From contig WFTQ01000084.1 in the NCBI GenBank assembly GCA_015485355.1, positions 10,104 through 74,103 of the forward strand: 64,000 nucleotides of DNA. The letters are read 5' to 3'. The position numbers and the translations under genes are program-made. Below the pieces are notes generated by a model that ran no database searches, had not been told where the DNA came from, and worked only from the letters and a program-made list of their open reading frames with translations. Shown piece after piece: positions 19,183-27,503 of the stretch; within the stretch, counting starts at the first letter, position 1; each line of letters opens with the position of its first letter. This DNA comes from a bacterium. Lineage in GTDB: Bacteria; Calditrichota; Calditrichia; RBG-13-44-9; J042.

Positions 19183-21891
19183 ATGAGGCTTTTTCAGGTA
19201 ATGTTACTGGTGTTATGGTCCGCATCGGTGGCGTTTGGTGGTATCATCAAGGGAGTGGTAAAAGATGCCACCACAAACGAGCCACTGATTGGCGCCAATG
19301 TCGTCCTGGTGGGTTCGGCCATGGGCACCATTACCGATGAGGACGGCTTTTTCATCCTGGAAAACGTGCCCGAGGGGAAGTGGCGCATTCAAATCACTTA
19401 CCTGGGCTATATCGATTTTTCCAGGATGATTACCGTGGGGTCCAAGGAAGTGAGCATTGAAGCCCTGTTACAGCCCACTGTTTTCGAAGGACAGGAGATT
19501 GTGGTCGAGGTAAACCGCGCCAAGGAACGGCAGACCCCGGTCACGTTTTCGGAAGTCGACCAGGACGAAATCTTACGGCGTTACGCCACTCAAGACGTCC
19601 CCGACTTGTTACGGGCCATCCCGGGGGTGTTCACCACCACATCGGGATTGGGAGAAGCCGAAATTCGCATTCGCGGATTCGACCCGGAACACATTCAAAT
19701 CATGATCAACGGCGTTCCCGTCAATGATCCCGAATCCCAATGGGTCTATTGGTCGAACTGGACCGGTTTATCCGGAAACGCCGCCTCGATTCAGGTACAG
19801 CGGGGTGTGGGGGCCTCTCTGGTGGGTTCCGGTGCATTCGGGGGTTCGGTCAACATCGTTACCGGACGCTACTCGGCCACCCCCACCTTGACGCTCCGCA
19901 GTTCCGTGGCCGGTTACTGGACCCAAGGGGGGTACCTGGGAACCAATCGCGTTGCCGATGGTCTGGGCGGTTCTCAAACCTACAATCCGTTTAACGAAGC
20001 ATTTTCCATCGATTATATCTCGGGCTTACTGGCCGACGGCAAATTGAATCTGTACCTGCGGTACGAACGCAAGGCCGGGGATTATTACATCGCCAATACG
20101 TACTACAACGGCCATTCCTTCTACCTGGGCCTGCAAAGCATTCTGGGTAATCATGTGATTACTTTTAATGCCCACGGGGCTCCGCAGCGACACAACCAGG
20201 CCCGGAGCATGCAGGACATGAACCTGTTGAAAAAATTAGGCCGGGAGTACAATCGGTACAATCACCCTTACCAGGAAAACTACTACTTCAAACCGCAATT
20301 TGAACTGCATCATGATTGGGCGATCAACGACCGCTCGTTTTTGAAAACCAATGCCTTTTTAACCTTTGGCCGCGGTGGGGGACGTTACCTGAGAAACGAC
20401 TACTTCGATGTCAATACCGGTCAGGTGGGTTTTAAATCGGTCTCTCCGGCCACCGATGCCAAATATTTTGGCCGTCATGCCCGTTTTATTTACGAAATGA
20501 CCGGCCAGGCGCTCACCGGCTACAACCCCACCACCAACGAGTTCATCTACAACGGAGACACCACCACCGTCTCCAAGGCGCGAAATCTGATCAGCAGCAC
20601 CTACGCCCACTCCTGGCGGAACGATTCCCAAAACCGCCACTTCCAATACGGATTCAATACGGCCTATCAAAATAAATTGACCGACGTGGTGACCGTTACC
20701 CTGGGTGGAGAAGCCCGATACTGGAAGGCACGGCATTTTGCTCAGTCTTTCGACTTCCGCATGTATGACGTCAACACGGGATCGGTAAAACGACTGGATG
20801 AGGTTCAGTTGCGTTACGATTACGACGGTATTGTGTTGAATACCTCGGTATTCGGCCGCTTGCTGATCCATCCGATCAAGGACCTGACCATCATGCTTGA
20901 CGGACAATTCGCCCGCTACTCTTCGCGGGTGGAAGAACGGCCCATTCGGGTATTCGATTTCGGTGCCCAGAAATGGACCGACATTTTTTACTATCAAACC
21001 CAGGACCTGAGGGATGAAAACGGCAACCGTATTTACAAGGACAGCGACTACCAGCGCGTCTTCACCTTCTTCATGCCCAAGGCCGGCTTCAATTACAACA
21101 TCACCCAGGAATTTAATGTCTTCGGCAACGTCAGCGTGTCCAAAAAAGAACCCAAAACCGGCGACTGGTACAGCCGTTCCAGAGGACCGGGTGCCAACCA
21201 GCCCCGTGACGATCAGGGCAACATCATTCAGTTGAAACCCGAAAGTTTGACCAACTTTGAAGCCGGAGTGGGTTATTATGGTCGATATCTCATTCTCAAG
21301 GCAAACGCTTACCTGATGAACTTCGAAGATAAAATCGAACGGGTCATCGACCAAGCCGGGGAACTGGTTACCATCAATGCCGGGAAGGCCCGTCACATGG
21401 GTCTGGAACTGGAAGCCCGGTTTCGGTATCGACGATGGGATGGATTGCTTTCCGCCACTTACGCCCGAAACCGCTGGCGAGCCATGAATGTCCAGAAAAT
21501 CTTCGGTATCGACCAGGAAGACGTGGTGAACAAGGTGGTACCCTTTGCTCCGGAACAGATTCTCAACGCCGAACTGGGTTATAACATCAAGAGTTTCCGA
21601 CTGGGACTTTCCACCCTCTTTTGGGATGAATATTATGGAAATTACGATAACACCGCAAAACTGCCTGCTTATCTGGAACTGAACGCCGTGGTGGCCTATC
21701 ACTTCAAGCTGGCCGGTGCGGAAGTGGATATCCGTTTAAACCTGAACAATCTGTTGAACCGGGAAAATTACACCCGTGCTGCATGGACCCGGGATTTCAA
21801 CCGCAATGACAATCTGGCCGGGGTTTACAACATGTATGTGGTTCAGGCACCGTTATTCCATACTTTTCTGACTACTCAGATCACCCTGTAA
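19183..21891 (+). CDS. TonB-dependent outer-membrane receptor (CarboxypepD_reg-like N-domain + plug + 22-strand barrel)
   Basis: 902 aa. Signal peptide, N-terminal GIIKGVVKDATTNEPLIGANVVLVGSAMGTITDEDGFFIL (carboxypeptidase-regulatory-like fold), plug-domain motifs (IRIRGF, INGVPVNDPE), and a C-terminal aromatic terminus typical of TBDRs. Confidence 0.85.
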   Translation: MRLFQVMLLVLWSASVAFGGIIKGVVKDATTNEPLIGANVVLVGSAMGTITDEDGFFILENVPEGKWRIQITYLGYIDFSRMITVGSKEVSIEALLQPTVFEGQEIVVEVNRAKERQTPVTFSEVDQDEILRRYATQDVPDLLRAIPGVFTTTSGLGEAEIRIRGFDPEHIQIMINGVPVNDPESQWVYWSNWTGLSGNAASIQVQRGVGASLVGSGAFGGSVNIVTGRYSATPTLTLRSSVAGYWTQGGYLGTNRVADGLGGSQTYNPFNEAFSIDYISGLLADGKLNLYLRYERKAGDYYIANTYYNGHSFYLGLQSILGNHVITFNAHGAPQRHNQARSMQDMNLLKKLGREYNRYNHPYQENYYFKPQFELHHDWAINDRSFLKTNAFLTFGRGGGRYLRNDYFDVNTGQVGFKSVSPATDAKYFGRHARFIYEMTGQALTGYNPTTNEFIYNGDTTTVSKARNLISSTYAHSWRNDSQNRHFQYGFNTAYQNKLTDVVTVTLGGEARYWKARHFAQSFDFRMYDVNTGSVKRLDEVQLRYDYDGIVLNTSVFGRLLIHPIKDLTIMLDGQFARYSSRVEERPIRVFDFGAQKWTDIFYYQTQDLRDENGNRIYKDSDYQRVFTFFMPKAGFNYNITQEFNVFGNVSVSKKEPKTGDWYSRSRGPGANQPRDDQGNIIQLKPESLTNFEAGVGYYGRYLILKANAYLMNFEDKIERVIDQAGELVTINAGKARHMGLELEARFRYRRWDGLLSATYARNRWRAMNVQKIFGIDQEDVVNKVVPFAPEQILNAELGYNIKSFRLGLSTLFWDEYYGNYDNTAKLPAYLELNAVVAYHFKLAGAEVDIRLNLNNLLNRENYTRAAWTRDFNRNDNLAGVYNMYVVQAPLFHTFLTTQITL

Positions 21892-21912
21892 TTCTTGCGG
21901 GCTCTATCGGTA

Positions 21913-21952
21913 ACAGGCGGGGCTTCCGTGCGGAATCCCCGCCTGTTTTATT
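21913..21952 (+). terminator. rho-independent terminator after the TonB-dependent receptor gene
   Basis: ACAGGCGGGG-cttccgtgcggaat-CCCCGCCTGT (10-bp perfect stem) followed by TTTATT. Confidence 0.6.
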
Positions 21953-22033
21953 CATTATCAACACATTTTTCTTTCCCCGCCCGATGGAAGATATTAATTT
22001 GTTGTTTCCGGGTGGCAGAGCAATGTACCAACG

Positions 22034-22909
22034 ATGATGGCCAAAGCGTTCCCAATATCTGTCGTTATTCCCACCTACAACCGGGCCGCTGTATTACCCC
22101 GGGCCGTCGAATCGGTCTGCCGGCAGACTCTTCCGCCAAAGGAGATCATTGTTGTGGACGACGGCTCGACCGACGAAACGGCGAAGCTTATCGCAGAAAA
22201 GTTTCCCCATGTCGTGTCCATCCGGCAGAAACATCAAGGGGTCAGCGGTGCCCGCAATCGGGGTATCCGGGCGGCCACAGGCGAATGGATCGCTTTTCTG
22301 GATTCCGATGATGAATGGTTGCCCCGGAAACTGGAAACCCAGGTCCGGGCTTTGCAAGCACATCCCGATTATCGCATCTGTCATACCAATGAAATCTGGA
22401 TTCGCCGGGGCCGACGGGTCAACCCCAAGAAAAAACATCGGAAATACGGCGGCTATATTTTTCGGCACTGCCTGCCCCTGTGTGTCATCTCTCCATCATC
22501 GGTGCTAATCCACCGGGATGTATTTAGGGAACTGGGTCTCTTCGACGAACAGCTTCCTGCCTGTGAGGATTATGACCTGTGGTTGCGCTTTTGCGCTCAT
22601 TATCCCATCCTTTATCTGGAAATGCCCCTGATCATCAAATATGGTGGGCACGAAGATCAGCTTTCCCGACGGTTCTGGGGGATGGACCGTTTCCGAATTT
22701 ATGCCCTGGAGAAGATTATTCAGTCGACGGTTCTATCGGAGGCGGATCGGGCAGCTGCACTGAAGGAACTGCTGCGGAAAATTCAAATCTATCTTCAGGG
22801 GGCCCGGAAGCGACAACGCATCAGGGAAGTGAAACGATACGAAGAAAAACGACGACGATATCTGCTCCTGCTGCAACAGCTTGGGGAAAACGTGGAGTCC
22901 ACTATTTAA
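22034..22909 (+). CDS. family 2 glycosyltransferase
   Basis: 291 aa. N-terminal SVVIPTYNRAAVLPRAVESVCRQT...IIVVDDGSTDET and the DSDD/DxD motif (IAFLDSDDEW) typical of GT-A fold GT2 enzymes. Confidence 0.75.
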   Translation: MMAKAFPISVVIPTYNRAAVLPRAVESVCRQTLPPKEIIVVDDGSTDETAKLIAEKFPHVVSIRQKHQGVSGARNRGIRAATGEWIAFLDSDDEWLPRKLETQVRALQAHPDYRICHTNEIWIRRGRRVNPKKKHRKYGGYIFRHCLPLCVISPSSVLIHRDVFRELGLFDEQLPACEDYDLWLRFCAHYPILYLEMPLIIKYGGHEDQLSRRFWGMDRFRIYALEKIIQSTVLSEADRAAALKELLRKIQIYLQGARKRQRIREVKRYEEKRRRYLLLLQQLGENVESTI

Positions 22910-23351
22910 GTTCCCCTTGGGAATCCCCCCGGGGAACTTCCAGCAGGAGCAGCTCCTCCTGGCGCAAGCCCCACAACCCATTTTGCAAGTAAAACACGGT
23001 ACGGCCGATTTCGGCAAACTGGGTGGCAATCAAGCGGGCTCGGTTGCCGTCGGTGCATACCAGTACATAGGTCCTGCCCTCCTCCAGGGGAAATTCTTCC
23101 ACCCGGTCGACCAGTTGCAAAAACGGCCAGTGAAGAACCTGGGGATAGCGCAAAGGGAGTCGGGAACACTCGGGATTCTCTCTTAAATCCACCAGTACCG
23201 GACGATTGGCCTGGACAAACGCCACAAATTCCCGATTCGCCACCGCCTGAATCTTAAAATGCTCCCCTGCGGCGATCCAGTATACCACAATCGTCGTGCC
23301 CAAAAAGAACAAGGTTACCCAGATGTCTCGATTCACCCTTATACCCACCAC
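22902..23351 (-). CDS. rhodanese-like domain protein (single domain, N-terminal TM anchor)
   Basis: 149 aa: an N-terminal hydrophobic helix (VTLFFLGTTIVVYWIAAG), then a rhodanese fold with the active-site loop context YVLVCTDGNRARLIATQFAEIG (Cys in the CxxGxR-like position). Its 3' end overlaps the GT2 gene by 8 bp in convergent orientation. Confidence 0.6.
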   Translation of the reverse strand: MVGIRVNRDIWVTLFFLGTTIVVYWIAAGEHFKIQAVANREFVAFVQANRPVLVDLRENPECSRLPLRYPQVLHWPFLQLVDRVEEFPLEEGRTYVLVCTDGNRARLIATQFAEIGRTVFYLQNGLWGLRQEELLLLEVPRGDSQGELK

Positions 23352-23757
23352 ACGCTACAATGCCTTGATGTTTGTCCCGAAACGTTTATCCAATCCCCTT
23401 CCCTCACAATCCATTCCGGCAAAGGGAGGATTAAAATAATTGGATGGAGGAAAAAATAAAACTAAAATTTTGGAAGAGGCGGCCTTCCGGAAGGGAATTA
23501 TCCCCGGGGAAAAAAGCGCAGGAAGAATATTTTCCAATAAACCAGCCGAAAGCTTACATGGCGCAACAGGAACACTCGGAAACGATCCCTCAACCCCATT
23601 CCAATCCCCCTGTTTTTTCCATACACCTTTCCATTACCATCGGAGTACCGACTGCAGGGTTTAGAAGAAAGAGGGGAATTTTATTATCCGGGAATCGGGT
23701 TCAGAGATTTCGCTTTATAAAACCGTGGCGGGCGAAAGGGATTTTAAAGTGCCCCCC

Positions 23758-24717
23758 TCACCATTCCTTTTTCACCCGCTTGGCCAGGGGATGTTTGGGG
23801 AAATGATCCAGAATGAACCGGAACTCTTTACGAGCCTCATCGAGGTTACCTTTGTTCTTTAGACAGACCCCCAGCTGATACCGAGCCTGAACAAAATACG
23901 GATTCACCGATAGGGCTTTCCGGAACTGATAACAGGCCGCGGGATAATCCTCTTTTTCCAGAAAAATTTCCCCCAGCTCGTTTAATGCATAAATGTTCTC
24001 CGGATCGAAGTTCAGCAATCGAGTCAATAATTTCTGAGCTTCTTCCAGTTGTTTTTTCTGGATTAAAATGCTGGCCAGGGTGAGATAGGCCGGTTTAAAC
24101 CGGGGATATTTCTGGATAGATTGCCGGAGCATTTCCACCGCCCGGGGATCGTCCTTTTCTCGATGATAACGAGTGGCCAACAGATAATACTCATATTCGG
24201 GAGCCAACCGGCGGATGCGCTGCCACAAGGCCGCCGCCTTATCAGAATCCCCACCGGCAATACCCGGTGCCATTTCATAATAACTGTATAAGGCAACCAT
24301 GGCATCCACATGCCGGGGGTCCAACTGCAACGCCTTTTCCCAGTATTCCCGCATTTTTCGGGCGCTTTTCAATTTGTTCCAAAAGCCTCCTTGATTGATC
24401 TTCATACTGTAAGCGTTGCCCATGCGAAAGTAAATTTCCGCATTTCGGGGTTCCCGTCGGGCTGCCTTTTCCAACAGAGCCAAGGCTTCGTCGGGACGAA
24501 ACCGTACCAATTGTAAAATGGCCATTTTGATCCAGATGCGAGGCTCATCGGGATGGGCGGCCGCCAGGGTATCCAGAATCGCCTCGGCCTGCGCGTATCG
24601 GTAGGCCTGATACAACGAGTCGATCTGGCGTAACGTTTGCTCCAAGTCCTGCGAAAGGGCATGACCCACCATTCCCACAATCCAGAAAAAGAGAAAAATG
24701 CGCTTTAGCGGTTGCAT
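23758..24717 (-). CDS. secreted TPR-repeat protein
   Basis: The ORF track starts at 24936; ATG 24717 gives a signal peptide (MQPLKRIFLFFWIVGMVGHALSQD) followed by multiple 34-residue TPR-like repeats (e.g. AEIYFRMGNAYSMK, ALNELGEIFLEKEDYPAACYQFRKALSVNP). Confidence 0.65.
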   Translation of the reverse strand: MQPLKRIFLFFWIVGMVGHALSQDLEQTLRQIDSLYQAYRYAQAEAILDTLAAAHPDEPRIWIKMAILQLVRFRPDEALALLEKAARREPRNAEIYFRMGNAYSMKINQGGFWNKLKSARKMREYWEKALQLDPRHVDAMVALYSYYEMAPGIAGGDSDKAAALWQRIRRLAPEYEYYLLATRYHREKDDPRAVEMLRQSIQKYPRFKPAYLTLASILIQKKQLEEAQKLLTRLLNFDPENIYALNELGEIFLEKEDYPAACYQFRKALSVNPYFVQARYQLGVCLKNKGNLDEARKEFRFILDHFPKHPLAKRVKKEW

Positions 24718-24816
24718 TTCACAAACTCCCATTTTTAATTGATTATCATAAATAGAACACACGGTAAAGGCAATGGTTTGTTTTAATTTTCTTTCCCACA
24801 CCGTAACGATGGAACC

Positions 24817-25674
24817 ATGGGCACGGGCATATTCATGACTTCCATGGCAGAGGGAAAAGAGCGCTCCGGCGTTCCAGAACATTCGATACTGGCACTGATT
24901 CGAGCCCGGGGATTTCAATTGTCTCGCTGGAATCACCCCCGAGAAATGGAATCCTTCATGGCCGATAAATCAGAGGACGCCGATGCGTTCTATCGTTTTA
25001 TGCATCGATATTCCCACCGATTGATACTCCACGATTTATTTCGCCTGAAGCCCCGCTGCCAACGGCAGGAATTGACCCACTATGTTTCCCGGGAAAGCCT
25101 GTCCCGCATTCTGGCCCGGCTGGAAACGTTTGGTCTGATTACCTGCCACAGCGACGGTGGGGTATCCATTCACTTTCCCCGGGAATGGAGCGTCGGGTGG
25201 CTCCTGGAATGGTATCTCGCCAGTTTGCTCGACAACGAATTTGCCAGCCCGGCCATTTTCAACGTGGGCCTATTGGGCACCGAAACGGGGGGCGATTTCG
25301 ATGTTCTGGCCGGTTGGGGAAACCGTTTGCTGTACATCGAAACCAAATCGGCGCCCCCCAAAGGCATCCATAACCCGGAAATCGCCGCCTTTCTGACACG
25401 CATTCATCAATTAAAACCCGACTTGGCCGTTTTTCTCAACGATACCCACTTAAGGGTCAAAGATAAAATCGTATTGATGTTCGAAGAAGAACTTATCCAC
25501 TTGAAAGGCATCGGAAGTTTGAAACAATATCCCGTGGAACGGGTTCAGGAACAGATTTTCCACATCCAGCACGCCCTCTACATCATGAATAGTAAAAGAG
25601 ATATTCGCCAGAATTTACGAATCGTTTTTCATGATCATTTGCAACATCGGGGAGCATTCGGCTGGCTATTTTGA
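24817..25674 (+). CDS. hypothetical protein with predicted N-terminal winged-helix and C-terminal PD-(D/E)xK nuclease-like motif
   Basis: 285 aa. Central MarR/wHTH-like segment (RQELTHYVSRESLSRILARLETFGLI); C-terminal E...D...ExK arrangement (GLLGTETGGDFDVLAGWGNRLLYIETKS), reminiscent of restriction-endonuclease-fold proteins. The start may be at an internal Met. Function unknown. Confidence 0.45.
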   Translation: MGTGIFMTSMAEGKERSGVPEHSILALIRARGFQLSRWNHPREMESFMADKSEDADAFYRFMHRYSHRLILHDLFRLKPRCQRQELTHYVSRESLSRILARLETFGLITCHSDGGVSIHFPREWSVGWLLEWYLASLLDNEFASPAIFNVGLLGTETGGDFDVLAGWGNRLLYIETKSAPPKGIHNPEIAAFLTRIHQLKPDLAVFLNDTHLRVKDKIVLMFEEELIHLKGIGSLKQYPVERVQEQIFHIQHALYIMNSKRDIRQNLRIVFHDHLQHRGAFGWLF

Positions 25675-25764
25675 GGAGCGGACGGCGGCGCGATATTTTT
25701 TTTCTTTCGATTGACGGAAGAACTGCTTAAAATAGATCGCCCGAAATCAAATCAAGGAGGTGCC

Positions 25765-25992
25765 ATGGTCAAGAAGGTGTCCATTGAATATTGTTACGAA
25801 TGAAACTACTACCCGCAGGCCGCCAGTTTGGCGGATACGATCAAAAGGGCTCTGGGCGTGGAAGTGGAACTCATCAAATCACGCGGGGGCGTGTTTGAAG
25901 TCCAGGCAGACGGGGAATTGATTTTCTCCAAGAAAAAAACGCATCGTTTTCCGGAACCCGAGGAAATCCTCCACGCACTGCGCCAACGATAA
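25765..25992 (+). CDS. SelW/Rdx-family selenoprotein with in-frame UGA (selenocysteine) codon
   Basis: ATG 25765 preceded by AAGGAGG. Translation MVKKVSIEYCYE-[TGA 25801..25803]-NYYPQAASLADTIKRALGVEVELIKSRGGVFEVQADGELIFSKKKTHRFPEPEEILHALRQR. The C-x-x-U motif sits exactly where the Rdx/SelW redox motif (IEYCxxU) lies. A hairpin follows the UGA (candidate SECIS). Stop is TAA 25990. Confidence 0.7.
25820..25834 (+). promoter_or_regulatory. candidate bacterial SECIS hairpin
   Basis: CCGCC-AGUUU-GGCGG stem-loop beginning 17 nt after the UGA. Short, but in the expected position for a bacterial SECIS. Confidence 0.35.
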
Positions 25993-26144
25993 GGTTTTTT
26001 ACAAGAGGCTTGCCCGGCACGCTTTTCATGGTCGGGCGGGCCTGTGAGTGTTCATGCCCTGAGGACGGCATCACCCTTTCCAATTTCGGTTACCGACGTT
26101 TATATTAATGCTTTCGGGGAAAAGAGCAAAGGCAGGAATGGGTT

Positions 26145-27500
26145 ATGAGCACCCAGCTGCGACGGATGTATTTTCTTTTAAAATTCATGCGCATCACACT
26201 GCCTGCGCTAACGGTGTTGAGTATGCTGGCCATGATTCTTATCGACCAACCGTGGGCAAACTGGGTATACGCTGTGGCACTGGCAGGTTCCGTCGGCATG
26301 TTTACCAATACCATTGCCATTAAAATGCTTTTTCATCCCCTGCATCCCACGCCCCTGAATCGACAGGGCGTTATCCCCCGCAACAAGGAACGCATCGCCC
26401 ACGGGCTCAGCATTGCCATCGAAAACAATGTGTTAAATCCCGACCAGATTCTGGACTACATCGAACATTATCAGCTCATCGACCAGGGATTGATAAAAGC
26501 CGACCGATATTTAGAACAATACCTGCGCGTACCTCAGAACCGAGAACGCTTGATCTCTAAGATCATTGAGTTATCCGAAAAGATATTGCCCGAGTTGATG
26601 GATAAATCCCTGACCTGGGCGGCCTCCCGGGCCCGAGAATTCGCCGCTCAACAAGAAATCCTGGACCAGCTTCACCGGGCTGTGGTGGAAGGACTGACCC
26701 GCTATCTGGACAAGCCGGACAATCGGCAACACATTTACGTCACCGTACACCAGTTACTGAAGAACAACCTACCCGCATTCGCCGAGTTGCTGTATCAATT
26801 TCTGGAAAAATATCAGAAGAACCTGTCGGGCATTCGGAAATATTTAACCCGTCTGGCTTCTCTGGCCATGGAAGTCAATCCGGAACGCATTCGGGAAGTG
26901 CTGGAAGAGATGCTGGAAAACCCGGATACCCGTCAGCAGCTGATCGACTTCATCGACCAGGGCATCAACCGGTTTTATGAATACCTGGAAGCACCCGACG
27001 TCAGGGAACGCATTTCTGAATATTTGCATCGTTTTCTGGTCTGGTTCGAAGAGCAGGGCGTGCCGGCGGTCATGCCGCACATGCTGACCTTTCTCAACAA
27101 CTATTTAAAGCGTCCGGAAAGCTGGGAATCCATTAACACCCTACTGGACGGTCTAACCACGTTCTTAAGAGAGCGGGCCCGACTGTTTTTTCAGCGTCCG
27201 GAACAGAAAGCGGCGATTAAAATGTTTATCCGACGATTGATTGTGGAATTGAACATCCGGCAAATTATTCAGCGCAATCTGGAGGGCCTGCCGATGGACA
27301 AATTTGAGGGCGTGATCATGCAGGCTACCGGCGAACATCTGGCCTGGCTGGAAATTCTGGGAGGCATTCTGGGAGCCATCGCCGGGTTAAGTTTTATCCA
27401 TTGGGAATTGATCTTTGTGCTACCGGCATTGATTCTGACCATCCTGATGATCGAGAAGGGCTTGACCGTGCTTCAAAAATCTCCCCCAACTTCGGCCTGA
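26145..27500 (+). CDS. DUF445-family membrane-associated protein, hypothetical
   Basis: 451 aa. N-terminal TM helices and the motif GSVGMFTNTIAIKMLFHPLHP characteristic of DUF445 (YheB-like) proteins, a long helical middle region and a C-terminal TM helix. Confidence 0.6.
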   Translation: MSTQLRRMYFLLKFMRITLPALTVLSMLAMILIDQPWANWVYAVALAGSVGMFTNTIAIKMLFHPLHPTPLNRQGVIPRNKERIAHGLSIAIENNVLNPDQILDYIEHYQLIDQGLIKADRYLEQYLRVPQNRERLISKIIELSEKILPELMDKSLTWAASRAREFAAQQEILDQLHRAVVEGLTRYLDKPDNRQHIYVTVHQLLKNNLPAFAELLYQFLEKYQKNLSGIRKYLTRLASLAMEVNPERIREVLEEMLENPDTRQQLIDFIDQGINRFYEYLEAPDVRERISEYLHRFLVWFEEQGVPAVMPHMLTFLNNYLKRPESWESINTLLDGLTTFLRERARLFFQRPEQKAAIKMFIRRLIVELNIRQIIQRNLEGLPMDKFEGVIMQATGEHLAWLEILGGILGAIAGLSFIHWELIFVLPALILTILMIEKGLTVLQKSPPTSA

Positions 27501-27503
27501 CCG

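Noticed and set aside
20359-21702. 447-aa ORF antisense to the TonB-dependent receptor
   Set aside because: Fully contained within the TBDR coding region, whose conserved plug/barrel motifs make that strand the real gene.
25874-26083. 69-aa minus-strand ORF overlapping the SelW-like gene
   Set aside because: Antisense to the far better supported selenoprotein frame (SD, CxxU motif, family-like length); no start context of its own.
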